Origin: a virus
Reading direction: 5' to 3' (one strand)
Length of the DNA: 64,000 nucleotides
IMG/VR virus record: IMGVR_UViG_3300004481_000271
Span: 44,942-108,941 of that record
Each line of letters begins with the position of its first letter. Positions within the stretch are counted from its first letter, which is position 1. Made by a program: the position numbers and the translations under genes. The notes beneath the pieces were generated by a model, which was given only the letters and a program-made list of their open reading frames with translations, had not been told where the DNA came from and ran no database searches. Shown here in pieces: positions 9,616 through 18,604 of the stretch.

Positions 9616-10304
9616 AGGTCAATCTCCCACTCGGCCCCGCACGTCGGGCAGTAGACGTCAAAGGCGGTCTCGATCCCGCCGTCGGCGGAGTCCATCTTCT
9701 CGAGGAGGTCCTCGATCTCTCCCATCGACAAGTCGGCGATGAACCGCTCCGTCGCTTCGCCCTTCGCGACCTCTTCGATCTCGAGGACCCTCGCCTTCAT
9801 CGCGGCGACGACGAGGTCGTCCCCCTGGCTCTGGATCGCCTCGAGGGCGCGGAGCTGGTCTCGTCCCTCCATGAGCTTGAAGAAGACCCGCCGACCGTCG
9901 GAGAGCTTCGCCTCGAAGCGGTTCCGGCCGGAGGCGATCGCGACCCTTGACGCCTCCGGGATCGGTCGGACCGGAAGCTCGAGAAGCGGCAGATCCCAGA
10001 CGAACTTGTTCCCGCATTGGGGACACCGAACGTCGAGCTCCTCGGTCTCCCCGTAGGTTGCGACCCGGATCATCAGGAGGGCGAAGATCCGGTCGGCGGC
10101 GAGGACCCTCGTCCAGTCGACGGCGGTCCTCTCGAAGGTGTAGGGCCCGAGCTCGAGGGTCTCGAGCCAGCAAGCCCGAAGGATCGCCTCGGCGGCCTTC
10201 CCGGACCGCATGGCCCTGGCGTCGCCGAGGACGCCGGCCTTCCCGGCGGCGAGGTGTGAGACCCGCCCAGCGAGCCCGGACGGGCATTCGACAATGCGCT
10301 CCAT
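9480..10304 (-). CDS. Tail/baseplate hub assembly chaperone with two CxxC motifs
   Basis: DRIFALLMIRVATYG, CPQCG, CPTCG; between tube and tape measure. Confidence 0.8.
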   Translation of the reverse strand: MERIVECPSGLAGRVSHLAAGKAGVLGDARAMRSGKAAEAILRACWLETLELGPYTFERTAVDWTRVLAADRIFALLMIRVATYGETEELDVRCPQCGNKFVWDLPLLELPVRPIPEASRVAIASGRNRFEAKLSDGRRVFFKLMEGRDQLRALEAIQSQGDDLVVAAMKARVLEIEEVAKGEATERFIADLSMGEIEDLLEKMDSADGGIETAFDVYCPTCGAEWEIDLPLDLQRMFVPKKPSERRRARARRARRGGPALPLAGQEDPSPSSD

Positions 10305-10405
10305 GCTTTCCTTCCCCTGCGAGGGCGACGTCGCCCTCAGCTCCTCGAGAGCCTACCACAGGCGGAGGCGAGGAGGGAGCTCGCGGGCGAGCTCGAGGCG
10401 GGGAC

Positions 10406-10870
10406 CTACTGGATCAGCTCGGGGTAATCGTAGGCGAGGACGACTGTCTCGATGACGTTCTCGTCCGCCTCGTTATCCCAGGACCCGCCGACGAGCCGCT
10501 TCGGCCAAGCGTTGTGCAGGCGCCAGCGGCGGAGGATCGAGCCGTCCCGATCGTACTGGACGACGTCGACCATGCGCTTGTACTCGGCATCGACGAGCCC
10601 CGCGTTCGCGGAGAGGTCCGCGACCTCGAGAAGCCAGTCGTAGAGGTCCCGGTCCTGGGTCGCGCCTCGCTCGAGCGTGATGTCCTCGACGGTCGCACGC
10701 CCCGGGGACTTGTCGGCGATGAGCGTCCCGCCCTCGAAGTGCTCGACCGTCGCGAACTCGATCGCGATGTCGGAGCAAGTCCGGAAGGCGGCCGAGCCGA
10801 GACCGTCGATCTGGACCTGAAACTTGAACCGCTTGTGAAAGCTCCGCGGCGTTCCGATGATTCCGGCCAT
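10406..10870 (-). CDS. Tail tube protein, T4 gp19-like
   Basis: KFQVQIDG...F...EGG...KSPG...ITLERG...LYDW...RWRLHNAWP...IETVVLAY. Confidence 0.95.
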   Translation of the reverse strand: MAGIIGTPRSFHKRFKFQVQIDGLGSAAFRTCSDIAIEFATVEHFEGGTLIADKSPGRATVEDITLERGATQDRDLYDWLLEVADLSANAGLVDAEYKRMVDVVQYDRDGSILRRWRLHNAWPKRLVGGSWDNEADENVIETVVLAYDYPELIQ

Positions 10871-10893
10871 GGTGTCCTCTCCTCCCCGCTACG

Positions 10894-13158
10894 CTATGCG
10901 GTCGCGGCCGCGATCTCCTCCTCGAGCTCCCGGGTGTCCTGGGAGAAGCGGAGGATGATGTACTCGGCCGGCTTCTGGGTCGCGAGCCCGATCCTCGCGA
11001 CGAGCTTCCCGGCGAAGACGACCGAGGGCGGGTTGAGCCCCTCCCCGACGTCGACGAAGAAGCTCGTCTGGGGCGACGTCCCGCGGAAGGCGCGGTTCCG
11101 ATACTGGATCAGAAGGAAGGCGACGAGGGTCCGCTCGACCCGGGCTCGGAGCTCCGGGTCGTTGTTCGCGTGGCGTGCGAACTGGATCCCGAGCTTCGCG
11201 GACTGCTCGATGTAGATCACGCCTCGACGCTCGGCGACGCTCGGGAAGTTGCCGTTCGACTTGAGCGTCCGGGAGCCGTCGATGTGGATCGGGAGACCGG
11301 GGCCCGTCGTGATCGGGTTGATCCGCTTCGGGTAGATGAGATCGCGGGTCGGCTCTTGCTTGACGTCGTCGGTCTCGAAGCCGACGACCCCGCGGAGGAT
11401 GCCCCGCTCGACCCCGGCCGGTTGGTCGTAGACCCCGCCCTCGCGAGCTCCGTCCGTCCGGGCGTAGGTCCCGGCGATGTGCCCCGAGGGCGGCACGACG
11501 ATCGTGTCCTCGTTCCCGAAGACGGTCTTGTTCGGGTTCAGGACCTTGACCTGGGGCCAGTAGATTGCCCCGAACTCGGAGAGCTCGAGGAGGGAGGCGG
11601 TCGTCTCGACGTAGGTCACGATCCCGGTCTTGGATTGCCCGGCCGGCGGGTCGAGAACCGCGAAGACCGACCCGTCCCGGGTGTCCTCGCAGTAGGAGAT
11701 CATCCCGTTGTGGACCGCGTTCGTCGGCCGGTCCGGGATCGCGAGGAGGGCGAGGTCGAGGGACTGGTCGAGGACGCGGAGCCCCGTCGGACCCGCCGAG
11801 CTCCCGAGGAAGTCGTTGTCGTCGAGGGACGTCAGCCCGTCATCCCCGCCGGCGAGCGGCCCGTGAGTCGTCGGGGAGTAGGTCGGGGCGAGGTGCCCGC
11901 CGGCCGGCCGGCGTTGCTCGGCCGTCCCCGCGGCGAGGAGGTCCTCGGCGGTGACGAAGTGCGACCCGGTGTCCTCGTCGTTCAGGATCGTCTCGACGTA
12001 GCGATCCCCCGCGTCGTCCATCGTGAGGTTCGGGAAGGTCTCGACGACGATCCCACCGTCGAGGACGGCGAGGTTGAACTCGGACGCCTCGAGGGAGGTC
12101 GCCCTCGAGATCTTGATCGTGAGGTCGTGGGCGAAGGTCCCGTCGTACTTCCCCCAGATCTTGAGGGTGTTGACGGCGGCCCCGCTCGTCCCGGAGTGCG
12201 TCGCGTTGTCGAGCCCGAGCTCGTCGTCCGCGGTCGAGGTCGCATCGACCTGGACCGAGTAGGCGGCGCCCGCGGTGTTCCGGGTGATCCGGACTCGGCC
12301 GGAGTCGTCCGAGACGGTGACGCCGGCGACGGCGGCCTCGACGATCGTCTTGACCTCGGCGACGGTGACGCCTTCGATGTCGGCGACGTTGCCTCCGCCG
12401 GTGTCGGAGAGTCCGGTGAAGCCGAGGGCGGCGAGGGCGGTCCCGCCGAAGGTCGCGAGCTCGGAGTCCGTCCCGCGAAGGTCGGAGGTGATCTTGACCG
12501 CTCCGGCCGAGACCTCGGCGAAGATCCCGGCGGCCTCCGCGTTGATCACCGCGGCGACCTCGAGGGCGGTCGCGGCACCGATCGCGACGAACTCGGCGGT
12601 GTTGAAGGTCACCGTCCGCGCCAACCCCTCGACCTCGAAGGTCAGCGTCCATCCGTCGGTGAGAGCGAAGGGTTGAGTCGCCCCTCCCGTCACCGTCGCG
12701 GCGTCGGCGTTGAAGGTCGCGGCGGTCGGCCCGCCGAGGTCCGTCGTGATCTGAAGGGTGTCCCCCGGCTCGAGGTCGAAGGGTTCGACGATCGACCCCA
12801 GGACGGACCCCTGGGTCGGAGCTCCGGCCGGCGTCTGGATCGTGTAGGACGCGGCGACGGACGTCTTCGTCGCCGGCGTGTTGATGTCGGTGTAGTGGAC
12901 GGTCCGGACGAAGTCGAGGACCTGTCCCCCGTTCTGGAAGAAGCCCTGGACGGCGTGGTAGGCGTCGCCGTCGGCGATCGCGCCCCCGTAGGCGTCGACC
13001 CACTCGTCGAAGCTCGTCGTCCGCGTGAGCTCCCCGACGGGGCCCTTCTCGGTGATCCCGATCATCCCGAGGATGTTGGTCGGGACGCCGAGGATCTGGC
13101 GGACGCGAGGCTCCTCCTCCGTGATGACGACCTTGCTCGCGAGAAGCTCTTTCGACAT
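10894..13158 (-). CDS. Contractile tail sheath protein
   Basis: IGITEKGP, AIYWPQV, VPPSGHIAG, PAG, INPI, GSRTL, RR, GLATQKPAEYI motifs. Confidence 0.96.
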   Translation of the reverse strand: MSKELLASKVVITEEEPRVRQILGVPTNILGMIGITEKGPVGELTRTTSFDEWVDAYGGAIADGDAYHAVQGFFQNGGQVLDFVRTVHYTDINTPATKTSVAASYTIQTPAGAPTQGSVLGSIVEPFDLEPGDTLQITTDLGGPTAATFNADAATVTGGATQPFALTDGWTLTFEVEGLARTVTFNTAEFVAIGAATALEVAAVINAEAAGIFAEVSAGAVKITSDLRGTDSELATFGGTALAALGFTGLSDTGGGNVADIEGVTVAEVKTIVEAAVAGVTVSDDSGRVRITRNTAGAAYSVQVDATSTADDELGLDNATHSGTSGAAVNTLKIWGKYDGTFAHDLTIKISRATSLEASEFNLAVLDGGIVVETFPNLTMDDAGDRYVETILNDEDTGSHFVTAEDLLAAGTAEQRRPAGGHLAPTYSPTTHGPLAGGDDGLTSLDDNDFLGSSAGPTGLRVLDQSLDLALLAIPDRPTNAVHNGMISYCEDTRDGSVFAVLDPPAGQSKTGIVTYVETTASLLELSEFGAIYWPQVKVLNPNKTVFGNEDTIVVPPSGHIAGTYARTDGAREGGVYDQPAGVERGILRGVVGFETDDVKQEPTRDLIYPKRINPITTGPGLPIHIDGSRTLKSNGNFPSVAERRGVIYIEQSAKLGIQFARHANNDPELRARVERTLVAFLLIQYRNRAFRGTSPQTSFFVDVGEGLNPPSVVFAGKLVARIGLATQKPAEYIILRFSQDTRELEEEIAAATA

Positions 13159-13173
13159 TGGTCAGCCCTCCTC

Positions 13174-13602
13174 TTACTCGCCCCGCTTCGCCTTCGCGAC
13201 GGCGGCGGCCTTGCCGTTCTTCTCCGTCGAGGCAGGCGCCTCCGACGGCATGGTTTCCGACGGCGGCGTGGCCTTCGACGGCGCGGCCCTCGGTGTCTGG
13301 CTCCTCGGCTTCGGGTCGGGGACGACCTCGAGCCGGATGTCGCCGGCGGCGCGGAGCCGTTTCACGTCGGGGACCCCGACGATCGCGTCGGGAAGCCCCT
13401 CGAGCCTCTGCCCGGCGAGGAGGGTCAAAGTCCCCGGTGTCCCCTTCCGTTGCTCGAGGACGCCCCGGACACCGGTCTTCGGGTTGAGGTCCGAGGTCCG
13501 GATGACCCGTCGGCGGAAGCCGTAGCGTCCGGAGTAGAACGCGGGATGATCGAGGGAGATGATCTTCCGCCGCTTCGAGACGTTGATGATCGTCGTCGAC
13601 AT
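13174..13602 (-). CDS. Small basic protein upstream of sheath
   Basis: Abuts neighbours; conserved position in such tail operons. Confidence 0.7.
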   Translation of the reverse strand: MSTTIINVSKRRKIISLDHPAFYSGRYGFRRRVIRTSDLNPKTGVRGVLEQRKGTPGTLTLLAGQRLEGLPDAIVGVPDVKRLRAAGDIRLEVVPDPKPRSQTPRAAPSKATPPSETMPSEAPASTEKNGKAAAVAKAKRGE

Positions 13603-14856
13603 TTAGCAGTCTCCTCCTGGGCTCGGACCGACGTCGTAGGTCTCGCCCGTTTGGGTCGTGGTCAGCTCCGTTTCCTCGACCGGTATCACGACGCGGGTCC
13701 CGAGCTCGCCGTCGAAGCCGGCGAGGTCCTCGAGGTCGAAGCCCCGCACGACAACGGTTCCCGAGAAGGATCGCAGGTTGGAGACGTTCGCGCCAGTGGT
13801 GATCTCGAAGTCGCCTCCGTCGGCGAAGTCGAGCTCGTATCGGACGCGCCCCTGGCTCGGGTCGGACGTGTCGCGGTCGAGATAGACGTAGGGGTTCCGG
13901 TCGATGACCTGGGTCGCGAGGGCGAGGAGGTTCACGAGCTCGATCTGGGAGTCGGAAACCCCGGTCACGGTGAAGGTGAGGTCGACGGTGTAGGGCGCCC
14001 GGCGGAGGATGACCTCCCCGTTCGGGAGCTCGAGCTCGACGCTCCCGTTGACCGAGAAGAAGCGGTTCTCCTCGAGGTCCGGTCCGTCGAGCCCGATCCC
14101 TGGGAGCTCGGCGATCTCGACGATCGAGTAGGCGTCCCCGGTTTCCGCGTCGTATTCGGTGTGGGTCGTTGTCGAGACGTTCGGGATGACCTGTTTCCGG
14201 AAGAGCCGAACGAGCTCGCGGACGAGTCGCGTCAAGTGCGCTTCGTCGGCGAGCTGGACCCTCGAGAAGCGATAGGCGTCCTCGAGGACGACCGACTCGC
14301 CAGGGATCGGGACGCCGGCGTCGTCGAGGTTCCGGATCGTGACCGAGACCTTCCCTTCCCCGTAGGCGCGGGAGTAGACGCGGACGTCCGCGACGGGCCC
14401 CTCGGCGACGAGAGCTCCCGAGCTCGTGAGGGAGAGGGTCGAAGCGGTGAGGGAGGCGACCTCCCGCGCCCCGTCATTCGACCCCGAGCCCTCGACGGTG
14501 ACCTTCTGCCCGGCGCGGAAGCCGTCGGCCCGCCAGTCGCCCGAGCTCCTCGCGATCGTGTCCGGCGCCCCGGGAACGAAGGTCAAGACCGCGCCCTGGG
14601 CGAGGCGGACGAGCCCGCCGGAGATCGGCGAGACCGGGGTCCTCGCGACGATCCGGTTCGTCCGGACGACCTGGACGTCGACGGCCGGCTCGTCGTCGAA
14701 GAGAACCTCGACGCTCGGCGGCGCCGGCGGCGTGACCCCGCTCGGGTTCAGGATGAGGGTCGGAAGGCGGAAGCCGTCCCCGTAGATCTGGACCATGGCC
14801 CGGCCGGACGTCGGCCCGCGAGTCGGGACGATGTTGACGACGCTCGGGGCGACCAT
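13603..14856 (-). CDS. Tail terminator-like protein with N-terminal IPT/TIG domain
   Basis: PSVVNIVPTRGPTSG...V.IYGDGF IPT signature; C-terminal PYTVDLTFTVT; position. Confidence 0.7.
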   Translation of the reverse strand: MVAPSVVNIVPTRGPTSGRAMVQIYGDGFRLPTLILNPSGVTPPAPPSVEVLFDDEPAVDVQVVRTNRIVARTPVSPISGGLVRLAQGAVLTFVPGAPDTIARSSGDWRADGFRAGQKVTVEGSGSNDGAREVASLTASTLSLTSSGALVAEGPVADVRVYSRAYGEGKVSVTIRNLDDAGVPIPGESVVLEDAYRFSRVQLADEAHLTRLVRELVRLFRKQVIPNVSTTTHTEYDAETGDAYSIVEIAELPGIGLDGPDLEENRFFSVNGSVELELPNGEVILRRAPYTVDLTFTVTGVSDSQIELVNLLALATQVIDRNPYVYLDRDTSDPSQGRVRYELDFADGGDFEITTGANVSNLRSFSGTVVVRGFDLEDLAGFDGELGTRVVIPVEETELTTTQTGETYDVGPSPGGDC

Positions 14857-14895
14857 GGCCGGAGTCTACCAGAGACCGCCCCCAGGACTCCAGCG

Positions 14896-15585
14896 TCAAA
14901 GGCGGCCGAAGTCCCCGCCGAGGAGGTTCGTCGTCGTCCGGAGAATACGGTCCGGAGCCCCCTTCTTCCGCCGGTCGAAGACCGGCCGAAGGAAGGGGCG
15001 GGGTTTGATCCGGATGATCAAGACCGCGCCCGGCCGAAAGCTCGGGATCGCCCGTCCGGAGGATCTCGTTCCGCCCTCCGGCTTCGCCCCAGGCGCCCGC
15101 CGACGGGAGGCAACCCCGGCCATCCGTCGCAGCATGGCGAAGAAGTAGCCGACCATCTTCGAGGTGATCCGGATGACGATGATCTTCCCCCGCTCGTGAA
15201 CGGCGGCAATGTTCGCGAGTCCGGTCTTCCCCGTGCGCCCGGAAGCTCCCCCGCCTCGCCCTCGAGCCGTCCGGTGAACCCCGCCGAAGTATTCCATCTG
15301 GCGGACCCGCTTGACGCGGACCCCGCCGACGAGGTCTCCATGGTCGATCAACGGCTTGTTGCTCTTCTTCCGGTAGACCGTAAGAGGACGGAGAGCGGCG
15401 AGCTTCTTCCCGCCCGGCGAGCCCTGGCGGATTCCCGTCTTCACGTCCCGGACGAACTCCTCGGCCTCGCGGCGGACGGCTTGGTCGAGAGCTCGGCGAA
15501 AAACCGTCCCTCCCCGATGCCGTCGCAGGATCGCTCGGACCCGCTCCCAGTCGCCCGTCAAGGTGACGCGGACGGAGACGGTCAT
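14896..15585 (-). CDS. Virion morphogenesis (neck/tail completion) protein
   Basis: KPLIDHGDL, NIAAVHERG, IKPRPFLRP motifs; ATG 15585 overlaps upstream stop. Confidence 0.8.
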   Translation of the reverse strand: MTVSVRVTLTGDWERVRAILRRHRGGTVFRRALDQAVRREAEEFVRDVKTGIRQGSPGGKKLAALRPLTVYRKKSNKPLIDHGDLVGGVRVKRVRQMEYFGGVHRTARGRGGGASGRTGKTGLANIAAVHERGKIIVIRITSKMVGYFFAMLRRMAGVASRRRAPGAKPEGGTRSSGRAIPSFRPGAVLIIRIKPRPFLRPVFDRRKKGAPDRILRTTTNLLGGDFGRL

Positions 15586-16106
15586 CGAACCGAGAGCTCC
15601 CGGGTCTCGAAGGTCATCAGGAAGAGGGACCGCTCCCCGCCGAGACCGAGCGATCTCGGTTGCGCTTGCGTGCAGTAGAGCCCCGGCTTCGCGGGGATCG
15701 TCCAGACGAGAGCCCCGTCCGGCTTGTAAACCGCGGCGAGCCGGTCGTTCACCCGAAGGGCGGGGACGAGGTTCGCGTCGAGGAGCCCCTCGGCCTCGAG
15801 CTGGGCGTAGTGAAGGACGAGCCGGACGAGAGCTCGCGGCGAGCGGCCAGTCGCGAACATCTCGAGGGAGTCGAAGGTGTCGTCCTCGAATTGGGCGAGG
15901 AGCCGGACGGTCGACTCGACCCGGCGGACCTCCCCCCGCTCCGAGCTCGTCGCGTCGACCGGCGGCACGACGACCGGCTCCCGAAAGTCGTCGTCGTAGC
16001 CAGCGACGAGAGGGCCCGCCCCGTCCGGGTCTTCCGCAGTTGCGGCGGTGTCGAGCCTCGCGATGTCGACTTGCATCGGGAAGATCAGAGGGACGAGGTA
16101 GGTCAT
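15582..16106 (-). CDS. Head closure/stopper-like protein
   Basis: GYDDDFREP motif, beta-rich, position after adaptor. Confidence 0.65.
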   Translation of the reverse strand: MTYLVPLIFPMQVDIARLDTAATAEDPDGAGPLVAGYDDDFREPVVVPPVDATSSERGEVRRVESTVRLLAQFEDDTFDSLEMFATGRSPRALVRLVLHYAQLEAEGLLDANLVPALRVNDRLAAVYKPDGALVWTIPAKPGLYCTQAQPRSLGLGGERSLFLMTFETRELSVR

Positions 16107-16161
16107 AGGGTGAGCCTACCATGCGAGGAGCTCGACGTCCGCGGCGAAGGGCCCCAGGACG

Positions 16162-16188
16162 CCCCAGGACGTCCGGAAGCCCCGGAGG
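16162..16188 (-). repeat. 27-bp intergenic repeat (copy of 2834-2860)
   Basis: As above; both lie 44-46 nt upstream of a TAnnnT box. Confidence 0.7.
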
Positions 16189-16240
16189 TTCTCGGGTAGC
16201 CGAGGCGGAGCTCCTCGAGCTCCTCGAGCCCTCGAGGGTC

Positions 16241-17227
16241 TCAGACGGCGCGGAGCATCGGAGCTCGCCGGTAGCGGAGGAGGATCTGGTCGATCTCGGG
16301 GTCGCCGGTGTAGAGCCCGACCCCGGCCCGGCCGAGGGAGGCGGCCGAGGGCGCGGCGAACTTGATCGTCTGGTCGCGGGTCTTGAGCTCGGAGACCCGC
16401 CAAGCGGAGGAGCTCGGAACGGTCGGCGACGAAGCCCCCCTCGGCGCGAGCTCGCGAAGGGCGAGGAGGACGCAAGCCCGCCGGATGAGGTCCGGGGTTT
16501 TCCCGCTCGCCGTCCCGTCCGGGTCGGTGTAGCCGAAGGTCCCGGTGATCGCGACGTTCCGCTGGCCCGGCGGCCAGACCTTGATCCCGAGGGCGAAGAG
16601 GTAGAGGTTGTCGAGCGGCTCGAGGAGCTCGATCCTCGGGTTGTCCCGGTCGTCCGGTCGGAGGAGCCCCTCGGAGAGGTGCCGGTTGTAGACGATGAGG
16701 TCGGCAGTCGCGACGACAACGTCGTCGACCGAAACCTCGGTCACTTCGACGATCGGGATGTCCAGGTGGATCGACCGCTTCCCGGTCCCGTCGACGGTGA
16801 AGGTCATCGCCCGAGGCTCGAACCATCGCCCCGTGAACATCTCGATCTTCTGGCTCGCAAGGGCGATCGCGTTGGAAACCCGGGTGTCATCGTAGGGCGG
16901 ATCGGTGACCCCCTCGTCGCGGACGTCTTGGATCGTGGCGTACCGTCCGAGGACCCCCTCCCCGCGGATCGGCTCCGACGCGGTCCCCTCGGCGGCGGTG
17001 ATGGAGTTGTAGAAGGCGAACCGATACCAGTAGGCGGGATCGCCGGCGGCGTCGATGAACTCGTAGAGCGTCGTCCCGGCGACGAGAGGGACCCTCGTCC
17101 CCGGCCCGGTGATCTCGGAGTAGTGCCCCGCCTCGACGGTCGTCGACCGATAGACCTTGATCTCGTCGAATTGCGTCAAGACGTTGGAGAGCTCGTTGAC
17201 GATGACCCGGAGCTTGATGGACGCCAT
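16241..17227 (-). CDS. Head-tail adaptor (gp6-like) with N-terminal Fn3/Ig-like extension
   Basis: YATIQDVRDEG...ASQKIEMFTGRWF...GTFGY...TPDLIRRAC. Confidence 0.78.
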   Translation of the reverse strand: MASIKLRVIVNELSNVLTQFDEIKVYRSTTVEAGHYSEITGPGTRVPLVAGTTLYEFIDAAGDPAYWYRFAFYNSITAAEGTASEPIRGEGVLGRYATIQDVRDEGVTDPPYDDTRVSNAIALASQKIEMFTGRWFEPRAMTFTVDGTGKRSIHLDIPIVEVTEVSVDDVVVATADLIVYNRHLSEGLLRPDDRDNPRIELLEPLDNLYLFALGIKVWPPGQRNVAITGTFGYTDPDGTASGKTPDLIRRACVLLALRELAPRGASSPTVPSSSAWRVSELKTRDQTIKFAAPSAASLGRAGVGLYTGDPEIDQILLRYRRAPMLRAV

Positions 17228-17229
17228 GG

Positions 17230-17676
17230 TCAGACCTCCTCGGCGGAGAGCGGGACGGGGACGAGGTCGAGGGCGGCGACCCCCTCCGGCTTCAAGTCGA
17301 TCGCCCCGAGGGCGAAGGGCGTCGAGGTCCCGGCCTCGGGGATAGCGTCCTCGGCGAGCGGCGCCAGGTCAAGGGCAGCGGCGGCGATCGGGACGAGGTC
17401 GAGGGCCTGGTAGGCTCTGGGAGGCTCGGGGAAGGGCGCCGGCGTCGGCCCCCTCTCCTGGTAGTAGGCGTGGACCGTGTCGCCTGGGAAGGGCGCCTCG
17501 CGCAAGCGGAAGGCGTTCCCGCCGAGCTCGACGGGCCCCTCGTCGCCGTCCCGCTGGACGAGGACCCCGTTGAAGTAGACCCAGAGGGTTCCAGGCCAGT
17601 AGGCGGACGGAGTCGTGAAGTCGACGTTGACCCCGTCGATCGTCCCGCTTGCCTCCGCCAGGACCGGATCGCTCAT
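17230..17676 (-). CDS. Small Ig-like virion protein
   Basis: GTIDGVNVDF...VYFNGVLV...EAPFPGDTV; paralog of 17673-17903. Confidence 0.7.
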   Translation of the reverse strand: MSDPVLAEASGTIDGVNVDFTTPSAYWPGTLWVYFNGVLVQRDGDEGPVELGGNAFRLREAPFPGDTVHAYYQERGPTPAPFPEPPRAYQALDLVPIAAAALDLAPLAEDAIPEAGTSTPFALGAIDLKPEGVAALDLVPVPLSAEEV

Positions 17677-17903
17677 GCCTCGAGATACCTCACCGTCAGG
17701 GTATCACCTGGGAAGGGCGCCTCGCGAGCCTCGATCGTCGTCCCGCCGAGCTCGTCGAAGCCGTCGTCGTCGAGGGAGCGCACGAGAACCCCGTTGACCC
17801 AGAGGCGAACGGTCCCGGTCTGGTAGGGGAGGGAGACGTCGAAGACCCGGTTCGCCCCGTCGATCGCCCCGGCCGGCGCCTCGAGGTGCTCGTCGCCGGT
17901 CAC
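17673..17903 (-). CDS. Small Ig-like virion protein (paralog of 17230-17676)
   Basis: GTG start overlapping upstream stop; GAIDGANRVF...LWVNGVLV...EAPFPGDTL. Confidence 0.7.
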   Translation of the reverse strand: MTGDEHLEAPAGAIDGANRVFDVSLPYQTGTVRLWVNGVLVRSLDDDGFDELGGTTIEAREAPFPGDTLTVRYLEA

Positions 17904-18556
17904 GGTGGAGATCCGGCGTCCCCGCGTTCGCGAGCTCGGGAGAGGATGTCCCGCAGTTGGCGACGTTCGGACGGTAGGAGTTGGAGGTCCTCGAGGGCGC
18001 GGTCGACCATGGCAACGTCCGGCTCGTCCTCGCGGACCTTCGCCGAGACCTTCGTCGGGATTTGCCGGACCTCCCGGATGAAGGTCTCCCGGTCCTGCGC
18101 TCGAGCCTTCTCGAGGGAGGAGAGCTCCGCCTCGTGACGGGCGACATCGCGGTCGAGGACCTCGACGAGCGTCGCGGTCTCCGCCGCCCCAGCCCGCACG
18201 AGGAGGGCGAAGCCGACGGCGGACGAGAGAACGACCCCGCCGACCCCGATCGTCCACCATACCAAGCGAGAGACCCCCGAGACCTTCGGGCGGAGGTCGG
18301 CGATCGCTTCGTCTTGCCGGCCCTGGCGTTCCTTCTCGTCGCAAGGGTGCCCGTGCTCGCCGATGTCGGCAACGTGCGCGTCGATCTTCTGGAGAGCCTC
18401 CCTGGCCTTGTCCCGAGCCTCCCGGGTGTCGCGGGCGACCGGTGGAAGGAGGTCCTCCTTGATCGTCTTGACGTTCTGGTCGACGCGGGCAACCGCGGAC
18501 GTCAGGGCGTGGAGCGCGGAGGTCGGGACCGGGGTGTGTCTTGGGTCAGCGGGCAT
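17900..18556 (-). CDS. Single-TM coiled-coil membrane protein (holin/lysis-associated candidate)
   Basis: Coiled coil - LVWWTIGVGGVVLSSAVGFALLV - coiled coil. Confidence 0.5.
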   Translation of the reverse strand: MPADPRHTPVPTSALHALTSAVARVDQNVKTIKEDLLPPVARDTREARDKAREALQKIDAHVADIGEHGHPCDEKERQGRQDEAIADLRPKVSGVSRLVWWTIGVGGVVLSSAVGFALLVRAGAAETATLVEVLDRDVARHEAELSSLEKARAQDRETFIREVRQIPTKVSAKVREDEPDVAMVDRALEDLQLLPSERRQLRDILSRARERGDAGSPP

Positions 18557-18604
18557 CGGGAACCCCTCCTTTCTCCCTCCCAGAGCGTTCGGTCGCACCG
18601 TTCA

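Noticed and set aside
1-13158. Stand-alone eCIS/tailocin locus
   Set aside because: Contiguous with terminase, portal, protease and capsid genes, so it is a phage tail
11170-15678. 1502-aa plus-strand ORF (and similar ones at 28890-33281, 6706-8706, 57911-61210)
   Set aside because: Antisense shadows of real minus-strand genes caused by high GC3; no motifs, no start signals
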